57,034 bases of DNA, taken from NCBI GenBank assembly GCA_021790475.1, contig JAJYDU010000001.1:1-57034 (forward strand). Reading direction: 5' to 3'. This DNA is from Planctomycetota bacterium (GTDB lineage Bacteria; Planctomycetota; Phycisphaerae; WQYP01). Below the pieces are notes generated by a model. That model ran no database searches. It saw only the letters and a list, made by a program, of their open reading frames with translations, and was not told where the DNA came from. A program made the translations under genes and the position numbers. Shown piece after piece: positions 1-9,119 of the stretch; within the stretch, counting starts at the first letter, position 1, and each line of letters starts with the position of its first letter.

Positions 1-1
1 G

Positions 2-871
2 GCGTCTGTGTCCGTATATGGCGTGGTGCTGGGCGGATGGGCCTCGGGCAGCAAATACAGTTTTCTCGGCGGTTTGCGGGCGACGGCGCAGATGATCAGT
101 TATGAAATTCCCCTGGTGCTCTCGCTTTTATCCGTGGCCGTGGTGGCCGGAACGCTTCGTCTGGAGCCGATCATCGCCGGCCAGGCGTCGTATTTTTCAA
201 CGGTCGGTTTTCTGCCGGCGTGGAATGTGTTCATCCAGCCGACGGCGTTTGTGCTGTTCGTCACCTGCATTTTCGCCGAGGCCAATCGCACGCCGTTTGA
301 TCTGGCCGAATGCGAACAGGAACTCGTCGGCGGCTATCATACTGAATATTCCTCGATGAAATTTGCGATGTTTTTTCTGGCCGAGTATTCCGCCATGATC
401 ACCGGTGCGGCGGTGGCGGTGGCGCTATTCCTCGGCGGCTGGCACCTGCCCTGGATCGATCAGTTGATTTATCGCGGCCCGCAGCCGGCGGTGACGGGCT
501 GGGCGGGAATAATTCTGAAGTTCATTGTGTTCTGGGGCAAGGTGATTCTGTTCCTGTTCTTCTACATGTGGGTTCGCTGGACCCTGCCCCGCTTCCGTTT
601 CGACCAGCTGATGAATCTGGCCTGGCGGGGACTTATTCCGCTTTCCCTGGGCACGTTCATTCTCGCGGCGGTATTTGTATATTTGCGCCGGGAAGGGATT
701 CTTGTCGACCGCGTGTGGCTGTTGCTGGGCAACATCGGCTTGCTGGCCGGCGCCATTGTGTTTAACTATATGTTCCCAGGCCCAACGAGCAACCGCCGGA
801 CGCCCGTGCGCAACAGCCGTTACAATCCAGCGCCTCCCGCCGGCTCTACGCAAACGGCCGCGCCGGTTTGA
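2..871 (+). CDS. nuoH: NADH-quinone oxidoreductase subunit H, C-terminal ~290 aa (5' end outside window)
   Basis: ORF is open to the window edge. Polytopic membrane protein with NuoH/ND1 hallmarks (SKYSFLGGLRATAQMISYEIP, FAEANRTPFDLAECEQELVGGYHTEYS, FFLAEY). Confidence 0.9.
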   Translation, partial: ASVSVYGVVLGGWASGSKYSFLGGLRATAQMISYEIPLVLSLLSVAVVAGTLRLEPIIAGQASYFSTVGFLPAWNVFIQPTAFVLFVTCIFAEANRTPFDLAECEQELVGGYHTEYSSMKFAMFFLAEYSAMITGAAVAVALFLGGWHLPWIDQLIYRGPQPAVTGWAGIILKFIVFWGKVILFLFFYMWVRWTLPRFRFDQLMNLAWRGLIPLSLGTFILAAVFVYLRREGILVDRVWLLLGNIGLLAGAIVFNYMFPGPTSNRRTPVRNSRYNPAPPAGSTQTAAPV

Positions 872-892
872 GGAGATTGTAAAGGGTTCTTC

Positions 893-2527
893 ATGTCCGA
901 GGCGATCCTGTCCACCGAGGGAAAAATGGAAAAGCTTGTCGCCTTATGCCGGCGGCGGGGATTCATTTTTCAGTCGTCGGAAATCTACGGCGGAATCAAC
1001 GGCTTCTGGGATTACGGTCCGCTGGGGGTGGAACTCAAACGAAATCTCAAGGATGCCTGGTGGCGCGATATCGTTCGCTGTCCTCCCCGCGGTCCCGACG
1101 GGAAACCTCTGGAAATGGTCGGCTTGGACAGCACCATTATCATGAACCGCCGCGTTTGGGAGGCTTCCGGCCACGCCACGGGTTTTAACGATCCCATGTC
1201 GATGTGCAAACACTGCAAAAAACTGTTTCGGGCGGATCAGGTGTGGGATTTGCTCAAGGGAGCGCCGTGGGTTCTGGCGCTTAGCGACAAGTGCCTGACG
1301 CCGGCGGGCGAGGGCTACGCCCTCCAGAGCCAGGAGGCCGCGCGGTGGGCCGCGACGAAGGGAAAAAAACTCGCGCCGGGCCTGGCCCTGGTACGCAATC
1401 CCACCGCGACCTTATCCTGGTTGGCGGAGGACGGGACCAATAACCCGCAGCAGGTCATGCCGCTGGCGAAACTGCTCCAGCATGTTGCGACGGAACAAAA
1501 ATCCGCCACCGGCCTGCAAACCCCCTGCCCGGAATGCGGCGGCGCGCTTACCGAACCGCGGCAGTTTAATTTGATGTTCCAAACCCATACCGGCGCGGTG
1601 CGTGATGACGATTCCATGACCTACCTGCGACCGGAAACCGCCCAGGGCATTTTTGCCAATTTCCGCAATATCACCGACACCACACGCGTGAAAATTCCCT
1701 TTGGTATCGCCCAGATCGGCAAAGCGTTCCGCAACGAAGTGACGCCGCGGAATTTCACCTTTCGCTCACGCGAGTTTGAGCAGATGGAAATCGAGTTTTT
1801 CATTCACCCCGCGACCGCCGCCGAATGGTATAGATTTTGGAGCCAGGCGCGTTTTGAGTGGTGGCAGTCGATCGGCTTGACCGGCGGCAACCTCCAATTA
1901 CGCCCGCACGACCGGGACGAATTGGCGCATTACGCCCGGGAAGGAGCCGGAACCAGCGATATTGAATACCGCTTTCCCTTTACCGCGCCGGGTTTTGGCG
2001 AGCTGGAAGGCGTCGCCCATCGCACCGATTTTGATCTTCGCCAGCACGCCGAATTTTCCGGCCTTGGCGAGAAACTCAAATACTTTGACCAGGAGCGTAA
2101 CGAGCGCTACTTTCCACATGTCATCGAACCATCCGCCGGCGCGGATCGCGGAACGCTGGCTTTGCTCTGCGAAGCGTACCATGACGATCCTTCCCGCCCC
2201 AGCGGCGTGGTCATGAAGTTTCATCCGCGCATGGCGCCCATCAAGGCGGGCATATTTCCGTTGGTCGATAAAGATGGTATGCCGGAAATAGCCGAGAAAC
2301 TTTACCATGAACTCCGGCGCACCTGGAACGTACAACTGGATGTCAAGCAAAATATCGGCAAGCGTTATGCCCGCATGGATGAAGCGGGCACGCCGTTCTG
2401 TTTCACTGTGGATACGCAAACGCTTTCTGACCAGACGCTGACCGTGCGTTACCGCGATACCTTGCAGCAGGAAAGGCTCCATCTGGACGATGTACGGCGA
2501 TTTTTGGAAAAAAAAGTGGAAAATTAA
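893..2527 (+). CDS. glyQS: glycine--tRNA ligase (alpha2 class II type)
   Basis: 544-aa ORF with LVALCRRRGFIFQSSEIYGGINGFWDYGPLG, RPETAQGIF, FRNEVTPRNFTFRSREFEQMEIEFF and an anticodon-binding C-terminus. An alternative start at 926 (MEKLV, preceded by GAGGGA) is possible. Confidence 0.95.
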   Translation: MSEAILSTEGKMEKLVALCRRRGFIFQSSEIYGGINGFWDYGPLGVELKRNLKDAWWRDIVRCPPRGPDGKPLEMVGLDSTIIMNRRVWEASGHATGFNDPMSMCKHCKKLFRADQVWDLLKGAPWVLALSDKCLTPAGEGYALQSQEAARWAATKGKKLAPGLALVRNPTATLSWLAEDGTNNPQQVMPLAKLLQHVATEQKSATGLQTPCPECGGALTEPRQFNLMFQTHTGAVRDDDSMTYLRPETAQGIFANFRNITDTTRVKIPFGIAQIGKAFRNEVTPRNFTFRSREFEQMEIEFFIHPATAAEWYRFWSQARFEWWQSIGLTGGNLQLRPHDRDELAHYAREGAGTSDIEYRFPFTAPGFGELEGVAHRTDFDLRQHAEFSGLGEKLKYFDQERNERYFPHVIEPSAGADRGTLALLCEAYHDDPSRPSGVVMKFHPRMAPIKAGIFPLVDKDGMPEIAEKLYHELRRTWNVQLDVKQNIGKRYARMDEAGTPFCFTVDTQTLSDQTLTVRYRDTLQQERLHLDDVRRFLEKKVEN

Positions 2528-2602
2528 TTTTTCTGTAAGTTATTTAAGATGCTAAGGTTATAGGAAGGCCCTATAATATTATTAAAAATTTTTGAAAAAA
2601 GC

Positions 2603-2630
2603 TTGAAGTTTTCTGTTGGAGTGATACGAT
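2603..2630 (+). promoter_or_regulatory. sigma70-like promoter candidate (TTGAAG -16 nt- TGaTACGAT) with A/T-rich UP-like tract
   Basis: The -35 TTGAAG is at 2603-2608. The extended -10 TG-n-TACGAT is at 2622-2630. It is preceded by ATAATATTATTAAAAATTTTTGAAAAAA in an otherwise GC-rich genome. Confidence 0.4.
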
Positions 2631-2636
2631 AGTGTG

Positions 2637-2747
2637 AAGAAAGGATTATGAACATGTTCAGCCGCAAGGCTGATAGATCATAACGAGCTTGCTCTCTCTC
2701 TCCCTCCCCAAGCTGGCGTTCCTTCGGGCCGCCAGCTTGGTTTTTTT
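2637..2747 (+). ncRNA. candidate ~110-nt small RNA (promoter to intrinsic terminator) with an 18-nt CU-only tract
   Basis: Bounded by the promoter candidate and the terminator at 2708-2747. Contains a pyrimidine-only CUCUCUCUCUCCCUCCCC tract (2692-2709) and an 11-codon sORF (2648-2683, MNMFSRKADRS) behind AAAGGA. No family recognised. Confidence 0.35.
2708..2747 (+). terminator. Rho-independent terminator
   Basis: Perfect 11-bp stem CCAAGCTGGCG / CGCCAGCTTGG (2708-2718 / 2730-2740) followed by T7 (2741-2747). Confidence 0.75.
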
Positions 2748-2919
2748 GTTAACTGCGCAGGAAAATCGTTTATTGAGGTATTATACGCATTGATGAATTT
2801 ATAGTGTGCTTTTATGAAATTTATGTCGTCCGCTGGAGCGGACAGCATGGCATTTTTTTGGGGAACAGACGTGCAAGCAATGAAACGCGCCGCCCGGCGT
2901 TTATGGATGCGGCATATTT

Positions 2920-3759
2920 TCACCGCATCGTTTTCCAGCGCTCGATCTGGGCATAGGCATTGTGGTTGTGAATGGATTCAAAGTTTTCGCTTTGGATACT
3001 GTACCAGATCACGCGCTTGTCGCTCTCCATGGCCAGAGCCAGGTCGCGAATAATGTCCTCGACGAACTTGGGATTATCGAATGCCTGCTCGGTGACGAAT
3101 TTTTCATCCGGCCGCTTGAGCACGGCGTAAACGGGAGCGCTGGCCGCGGATTCCATCACTTCCACCAGATCTTCAATCCATAGTTCGCCGGTGAAGCGCA
3201 CCCGGGCGCTTATTTCGCAGCGCTGGTTGTGGGCGCCGTAGCGGGAAATTTCCTTGCTGCACGGGCAGAGCGACGTGGCCGGCGCCTTCACCCCCAGAAT
3301 GAAATCGTCCTGGCCGTTGCTGGCGCCCTCGAATGAACACAAATAATCCATCAAACCGCAGACGCCCGAGATCGGAGCGGCTTTTTCGATGAAATACGGA
3401 AAAAGCATTTCGATATGGGCGTCATTGGCCAGCAGCCGCGTCTTCATTTCATGCAGGATGGGAATGATCTGCGCTGGAGTAATGCTGCGATGGTGGCGGT
3501 TGAGTATTTCCAGAAACCGGCTCATGTGCGTGCCCTTCTTGTGCTGGGGCAGCGATACATACAGGTTGATGGAGGCCACGGTGTTCTGCTCTCCGCCGTC
3601 TCTTTGGCGCAGAGTGATCGGATAGCGGACATTTTTGACACCCACCTTGTCGATGGCAATATTCCGCTGATCGCCGAAGGCTTGCACGTCCGGCATGGAT
3701 CGGCTGGCCTCCTTCAACTTCCCGTTGCCTCGCATGATTTCCCGTACCTTGAACATCAT
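2920..3759 (-). CDS. folE2: GTP cyclohydrolase FolE2 (type IB)
   Basis: 279-aa ORF with MPDVQ...IAIDKVGVKNVRYPI, KGTHMSRF and SLCPCSKEIS...GAHNQR, typical of FolE2/MptA. Confidence 0.9.
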   Translation of the reverse strand: MMFKVREIMRGNGKLKEASRSMPDVQAFGDQRNIAIDKVGVKNVRYPITLRQRDGGEQNTVASINLYVSLPQHKKGTHMSRFLEILNRHHRSITPAQIIPILHEMKTRLLANDAHIEMLFPYFIEKAAPISGVCGLMDYLCSFEGASNGQDDFILGVKAPATSLCPCSKEISRYGAHNQRCEISARVRFTGELWIEDLVEVMESAASAPVYAVLKRPDEKFVTEQAFDNPKFVEDIIRDLALAMESDKRVIWYSIQSENFESIHNHNAYAQIERWKTMR

Positions 3760-3976
3760 CTTGTCCTCCAGACGCGGCGCCGTCGCTTCCGGGGCAGCGC
3801 CCCGGTGTTATGATGCAACATCTTTATGCTAGGATGGCCGGTGGACCAAGGCAAACCACCGGTCGGAGGATTATTTGCGCCGGCGTGGCAATTTTTTCGA
3901 CCTGTCTGCCCTGCTTTCCGGCAGGCAGGCGGTAGACAGGGAATACCCGTATGAACCGGCGACATCAATGTCGCCG

Positions 3977-4378
3977 CTAAGACACCGGGCGGCGGGCGAT
4001 GAATTCCAGCACAGGTCCGCCGGCCGCATCCGCCGGCTTGATGCGCCGGTAAAAGCAGGATGGATAACCGTTATGACAGGCTACGCCCTTCTGGCGAACT
4101 TTCACGACCACGGCATCCTGATCGCAGTCGATCAGCACGCTTTGTACTTGCTGGGTGTGACCGCTCTCTTCGCCCTTGATCCAGAGTTTATTGCGGGAGC
4201 GGCTCCAATAGGTGGCCTGGCCGGTGGCTAGGGTTTTTTCCAGCGCTTCGCGGTTCATGTGCGCCACCATGAGCACCTCGCCGGTCTCGGCGTCGACCGT
4301 AACAGCGGTTATCAGACCGGCGGCGTCCAGCTTAAGGTCCAAGGCGGTCGCCAGTTCACGCGACAAATGGGTAGACAT
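3977..4378 (-). CDS. hisI: phosphoribosyl-AMP cyclohydrolase
   Basis: [57 protein letters not shown]...ACH. Start set at the internal ATG (MSTHL, 4376-4378) rather than the ORF-track start at 4453. Confidence 0.85.
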   Translation of the reverse strand: MSTHLSRELATALDLKLDAAGLITAVTVDAETGEVLMVAHMNREALEKTLATGQATYWSRSRNKLWIKGEESGHTQQVQSVLIDCDQDAVVVKVRQKGVACHNGYPSCFYRRIKPADAAGGPVLEFIARRPVS

Positions 4379-4684
4379 ACCGGCTCCGAGGCAAAATCCT
4401 CTCCTGTTCCGTTCCGGTCCTGACTGCTGATCGAAATTGTAGCAGCCTTCCAACAGTGCGGCTACACGCCACCGCCCGTTTCGTCCGGCCTTGCCGGGCC
4501 GTTTCGCACGGATGCAACGCCACAGATGATATTTTTGTATAATCCGTCCACCCTGGTGGCCGTTGACTCTTGGCGCAAAATCCCGGCGCGCCGCGCACCG
4601 GGACTGGCCGGCTTATTCCAATTGCGTCATCCACACGTGTTACGCATATACTTCCACTTCGTGATTCCCGTTCATCCGCGAAAA

Positions 4685-5965
4685 TCAGCCGCCATCCGCG
4701 GGCGCTTCCGCGGGCGTCAATCCCAGCCGCTCGTTGACAATGGCCAGGTATTGCCGCGCCTGCCGGCGAAGGCTGAAGTGTTCCAGCGCCCGTTGGCGTG
4801 CCGCCCGGCCCATTTCCACCCACCGTGGCCGATCGGCCAGCGCGCGTTGCAGTCCATGCTCAATAGCCTCCACACTCGGTTCGGCCACGTGCCAGCCGGT
4901 CACGCCGTCCAGAACCGTTTCCGCCGGCCCGCCCAGGGCGTGTACCAGCACGGGTTTCCCCATCATCATGGCCTCCACCACCGAAAGCCCGAAGGGTTCC
5001 GGATCAATGCGGGCGTTCACGGCAATATCCACCAGGCCATAGTAGCGCTCCGGATTCGTTTTGTAACCCAGCAGGTGCAGGCGATCCGCCAACCGCCCGG
5101 ACCGTGCCAAATCCCGCAAGGTTTGGGCGTAAGCGCCAGTTTCCACGTCGCCGAGAATCAGCAGATGCACCGGCGGATCACTCCCGACGCCACGGGCCGC
5201 CAACGCCTGGAGAACCCGTTCATGGCCCTTGGCGGGTGTCACTCGACCGAAAATGCCCAGCACGATGGCCGAATCGGGAATGCCCAGTTGGGAGCGGGCG
5301 ACTTCGCCGAAATTTCCGCCCGCCGTCCCTCGGGATGGGACCAGGGTCGGATCAAAGCGTGTTTCATCGGCGCCCAGGTAAAGCACCCGCGGCTTGACCG
5401 GTTGATCGCCGAAAGTCTCGGCGGTATAGCGGCTGTTGGCCAGAACGCTCACGTGAAAACGGGCCGCCTGCCATTGCATGATTCTCCGGTTGATGCGGGC
5501 GGGGTAATCGCCCGCCAGGGAATTGGGCATCTCCCAGAAGCAGGCGATGGCCGCGCGGGCCGCGGCCGCGGCCGCCACCGGCATCAGGTCCGGCCAAACC
5601 ACGTGTACCGCATCGGGCCGGATATCCCGCAGAATGGGCAGGAGCGTTTTCGCCCCCCGGCGCTGGAAGCGCAGCAGGCGGAAGTAATCGAACGAGCGGT
5701 GCGGAAGAAAGGGATGTGCAAGCCGCGGCGGCGGACCCGGTGCGGCGGGATTCAGGCAACGAACCGGCATTCCCCGCTGGCGGCATTCCGCGGCGAAAGT
5801 GCCCTCCAACAGACAAACCATCTCCACGGAACCGCCCAGGCGTAAAAGTTCCCCCGTCAGGCCGCGCACAGCCTGGGCCACGCCGCCGTGCTCGTCACCC
5901 TTGATCAACCAGAGGATGCGGGGAATACCGGACCGCCGGGGTTGCACCTGTGTATTTCCGTTCAT
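4685..5965 (-). CDS. glycosyltransferase family 4 (GT-B, group 1)
   Basis: 426-aa ORF whose C-terminal domain carries the E-x7-E region EPFGLSVVEAMMMGKPVLVHALGGPAETVLDGVTGW. Confidence 0.85.
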   Translation of the reverse strand: MNGNTQVQPRRSGIPRILWLIKGDEHGGVAQAVRGLTGELLRLGGSVEMVCLLEGTFAAECRQRGMPVRCLNPAAPGPPPRLAHPFLPHRSFDYFRLLRFQRRGAKTLLPILRDIRPDAVHVVWPDLMPVAAAAAARAAIACFWEMPNSLAGDYPARINRRIMQWQAARFHVSVLANSRYTAETFGDQPVKPRVLYLGADETRFDPTLVPSRGTAGGNFGEVARSQLGIPDSAIVLGIFGRVTPAKGHERVLQALAARGVGSDPPVHLLILGDVETGAYAQTLRDLARSGRLADRLHLLGYKTNPERYYGLVDIAVNARIDPEPFGLSVVEAMMMGKPVLVHALGGPAETVLDGVTGWHVAEPSVEAIEHGLQRALADRPRWVEMGRAARQRALEHFSLRRQARQYLAIVNERLGLTPAEAPADGG

Positions 5966-6025
5966 GCCACCGCTCGCTTAACCATCTCTGGAAATCAGCC
6001 GCCCTCCCCGGGGCGGCGATAAACT

Positions 6026-6697
6026 TTATGGTTCCGATAAATCCCGACGGAACGGTTTAATAAATATAGCAGTGTCCGTGACCCCATTGCTTGTCCAAAT
6101 ACGACGCCACGGTTCAAGAACATTCGCCACGGAGGACCATAGCGAACTCGCCGGCCCTTCGGCTACTCCGCGGGAAGTGGGAGAAATCGAATCACTCGGC
6201 AGAAACCAGTTGACGTTGTCAATGATAAGTAGCCCGCCCGGTCGCAGAAGCGGTATTGAGAGTAATGTGCTATGCGCCCGGCAGTCGCCGTCTACAATAA
6301 CCAGATCGAGACTTTCCGGATGAAACCTTTGCGCTGGGGACAGATACTCCGGCTCGAATTTATCCAGATCCTGAACTTCTGAAGGAGCAAGGGAGGATAA
6401 CTGTGCCATTACCAACTTTATATTGTTGAGTTTTTTTTCCTTCACCCATGTGGAGACACGTTCGAACCACTCCCTGTTTGATTCCACGCTGGTAAGTTGA
6501 TGCACTCGTTGTCCAAGCCAGATGGTGCTTCGGCCTGATCCCCACTCCAGGGCAATGTCATCGGATCTGACAAGCTGCGTGAGAAGCGCAACAGCCTCAG
6601 CTGTAAACCAGGGCGACATTCCCGACCGTAGATAATAAATTTCCTGGCGTATACGGTTCAGAACATAACGCGGCGTCCAGTGCTTGATCCTGCGCAT
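6026..6697 (-). CDS. class I SAM-dependent methyltransferase
   Basis: 223-aa ORF with motif-I-like LEWGSGRSTIWL, then LVIVDGDCR and RPGGLLIIDNV. Distinctly lower GC than its neighbours. Confidence 0.7.
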   Translation of the reverse strand: MRRIKHWTPRYVLNRIRQEIYYLRSGMSPWFTAEAVALLTQLVRSDDIALEWGSGRSTIWLGQRVHQLTSVESNREWFERVSTWVKEKKLNNIKLVMAQLSSLAPSEVQDLDKFEPEYLSPAQRFHPESLDLVIVDGDCRAHSTLLSIPLLRPGGLLIIDNVNWFLPSDSISPTSRGVAEGPASSLWSSVANVLEPWRRIWTSNGVTDTAIFIKPFRRDLSEP

Positions 6698-7034
6698 CGG
6701 TCCAGACTCCTGTAAGGTCTCCCGCGGACGAAAAGCATTACTTGGAAGGTTCTTAAATTTTAATCATGCCGCGGAGATAACCCGCCGTCAACTCACGCGA
6801 TCGGGCCAGGCTGCCGCCGGCGTGACAATTTTTCGGGGGCGCCGGGCAGCGCGGACGTCCCCGTCCGCATGGGTCAGCCGGCGTAGAAATCGCGATCTTC
6901 TTCTCCAGACCTCTTCTTGACACTCCCGCCGGCGTGTGATACGGTTCACCAAGGTGGACAGGATGTATTTAGTAAGAGCCCGTGCGGTTCCGCCGGTGGG
7001 GAAAGCTCCTTGTATTAAACGGGAGAATTACCGG

Positions 7035-8099
7035 ATGCAAACCTGGCAATGGCGGTTGGCGGTTCTGGTTGTGGCGGCCGGATGGCTCGCGCGGAGTCTC
7101 GCGTCGAACGCCGCGGCTCCAACAGTTCCCAATCCGGCGGCGGCGCATTTCTCCAGCGCCAGCCAGGCAAAAGTGGCGGCGTATGTGGGCTATTACGTAG
7201 CGCGGCTTCGGAAAGCTGAAAACCCTCATCAAATGTTTCGCGCCCGCGAAAACCTTCTTCAGCCGCTGCGCGAAAAAGGAAACCCTCCCTCCGCCATTTT
7301 CAGCAATCTATACGGAACCCGGATTGCCGCGCAACTGACGCCTTTGCTCTCCGACAAACGGCTGGCGCTTTCCGCCATCATCACCATCGCCAAAGTAAAC
7401 GATTTAAGTACGCAGAGAGCCTTGAAAAGAGGATTACAAAATCCCGGCGCGGCGGTGCGTTACTGGGCCGGACGGGGGCTGTCGTCTCTGTTGCCGGAAT
7501 TGGAGCAAATTCCGCCGGCGTTCAGGCAAAGCGTGCGGTGGCTCAAGCGCGCATTGGCCAAAGAAACCGACCCCATTGTTATGGAAGAGTTTTGCGATAC
7601 GCTGGCCGGCTTAAACCCTGCATCAACTGGCGCCGCGCCCCTGATGGTGCGATCGCTGGAAAAAATTATTGCCGGCTACGGACAAGTTCCACCGGAAAAT
7701 CTGGAAGTGGCGGCTGGAATTGCATCCGACCTCAACAAGACCGTCGCCGGCGGCGGGGCGCTCACGGCAAAACAAAAAACCGCGGCCCTGGGGGTATTGG
7801 CGGATCTGATGAGCTACGCCGCCCAGTATTGGAACGCCGGCTTGCTCAACCGCACGCAGAAGCTGGTGGTGGCTAAAACCATCGCCGTCTGCGGCCAGAC
7901 CATGAACGCCATTTCCTCAAGCCAGGCGTTCGTGATCAAAGGCATCAGGAGCCGCCCCGGCGACCCGGCGCGTATTCTATCGCAGGTCAATGGCCTTACC
8001 GGCAGTCAGGGACATAAGGGCCGGCTGCAGAAACTGTTCCCGAAAGTCGCCATTCCTCCACGTATTCCGGGCGACTCCACCCCGCCCGCCACGCGCTGA
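7035..8099 (+). CDS. secreted hypothetical protein with HEAT/ARM-like helical repeats
   Basis: ATG at 7035 follows GGGAGA. Signal-peptide-like N-terminus MQTWQWRLAVLVVAAGWLARSLASNAAA. The Ala/Leu-rich helical repeats (e.g. GAAVRYWAGRGLSSLL) are only weakly diagnostic. Confidence 0.55.
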   Translation: MQTWQWRLAVLVVAAGWLARSLASNAAAPTVPNPAAAHFSSASQAKVAAYVGYYVARLRKAENPHQMFRARENLLQPLREKGNPPSAIFSNLYGTRIAAQLTPLLSDKRLALSAIITIAKVNDLSTQRALKRGLQNPGAAVRYWAGRGLSSLLPELEQIPPAFRQSVRWLKRALAKETDPIVMEEFCDTLAGLNPASTGAAPLMVRSLEKIIAGYGQVPPENLEVAAGIASDLNKTVAGGGALTAKQKTAALGVLADLMSYAAQYWNAGLLNRTQKLVVAKTIAVCGQTMNAISSSQAFVIKGIRSRPGDPARILSQVNGLTGSQGHKGRLQKLFPKVAIPPRIPGDSTPPATR

Positions 8100-8230
8100 A
8101 ACATCTTCATGACCGTCGCGATTGTTTAAGCCCCGCGGTTTTCGCAGGCGGGTTGTTTTCAGCGATCAGTGGCCGGTACTTCCCCGGTGCGCCGGTATCA
8201 GCGCCGTGCGGGTAAGGGAGCGGATGGACG

Positions 8231-8359
8231 GGTGTGGCAATTTTTCCGGGCATCCCACATCGACCCGACCGGCGAGCCACCGGGTTTATCCCGGTGGGCT
8301 TCCGAACTCCCGTGAAAAGGCGGCTTTTTCAACCCCTGCCCGGATTTATTGCCACGCCT
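8231..8359 (+). mobile_element. MITE-like 129-bp repeat, copy 1 (22-nt terminal inverted repeats; 9-bp flanking duplication)
   Basis: GGTGTGGCAATTTTTCCGGGCA...TGCCCGGATTTATTGCCACGCCT. Flanked by GGATGGACG (8222-8230) and GGATGGACA (8360-8368). Near-identical to copies at 22010, 36041 and 56935. Confidence 0.8.
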
Positions 8360-8465
8360 GGATGGACATGGATCGTACCCCCGCCCATGCCGCTTGCTGA
8401 CGCGCGCGGCTCGGCGGCGATTCCGACCTGCCCCCGGCTCCCGGCAAGCGAAGGGCAGGCTGGCC

Positions 8466-9119
8466 TTATGGGCGCCCCCGGTTTGCGGGGAGCATAATCA
8501 GGGATTTTCCCCTCGCATCATTCTTATTCGGCCATCTTAAATCCATTTGCTCATTTTCGGCGGATTCTCCGAGTTTCTGGCCCTTAAGATTTCGCAAGTC
8601 GACAACGGCCCCGAATCTGCGGAATACAGAGGAAAATCTTTCAAACGCCACACCCCAATAGATCATGGCACAGGACATGGGCGCGCCCTTGCCTTCATTT
8701 TGGCCGTTTACCAGAAATTTCAGGCGTGTATCGTAGAGGAAGCAAACGGCGGTCGCCTGGCCAAAGACATAATTTTTCCAATGGCTGGTGTTGGTTGCCA
8801 CGGGAACAAGCGCCAGGACTTCTGATTGGTGGTTGTAGTGCGCCATGGCGCATCGACCAAGCCACTTTTTGATAGACGTTCCCTGTTGTTTGTCAATTCC
8901 ATAGGGAGGATTGACATAGATGGTGGGGAAATCCCAACTCTCCCGAAGTCCATCCCGCCGGGGAAGTCGGTACTCCGTTCGAGCATTTACAATCGAATAC
9001 TCATTTGAACATGGATCAAGATCAATACGCCCGCCAAAAACATCGCGGACAGCCTTGACGTATTTCTGGGGCGTTCCCCATTCCTGGCTTAGCGTATGGA
9101 GCGTGCGACCCGCGGTCAT
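8466..9119 (-). CDS. DNA N6-adenine methyltransferase (phage-type Dam family)
   Basis: EWGTPQKYVKAVRDVFGGRIDLDPCSN...DGL..W....IYVNPPYG matches the WxTP...DLDP...NPPY layout of the T1-like Dam family. Low GC. Overlaps the upstream gene by 4 nt. Confidence 0.85.
   Translation of the reverse strand: MTAGRTLHTLSQEWGTPQKYVKAVRDVFGGRIDLDPCSNEYSIVNARTEYRLPRRDGLRESWDFPTIYVNPPYGIDKQQGTSIKKWLGRCAMAHYNHQSEVLALVPVATNTSHWKNYVFGQATAVCFLYDTRLKFLVNGQNEGKGAPMSCAMIYWGVAFERFSSVFRRFGAVVDLRNLKGQKLGESAENEQMDLRWPNKNDARGKSLIMLPANRGRP

Noticed and set aside
4526-5845. 439-aa + strand ORF opposite the GT4 gene. Similar long antisense ORFs lie at 10379-11674, 15206-16168, 16466-17542, 22156-23280, 27322-28071, 29133-30284, 30309-31610, 36596-37528, 37634-38209, 47361-48314, 48666-49565, 50374-51165, 53276-54115, 55071-55775 and 56253-56825.
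   Set aside because: Each overlaps a gene with clear family signatures on the other strand. Each translates to low-complexity Arg/Gly/Pro/Ala-rich sequence.
8231-8252. TIR sequence GGCGTGGCAATTTTTCC as a possible sigma54 (-24 TGGCAC / -12 TTGC) promoter
   Set aside because: TGGCAA is present, but no TTGC follows at the required 5-nt spacing. The resemblance is superficial.
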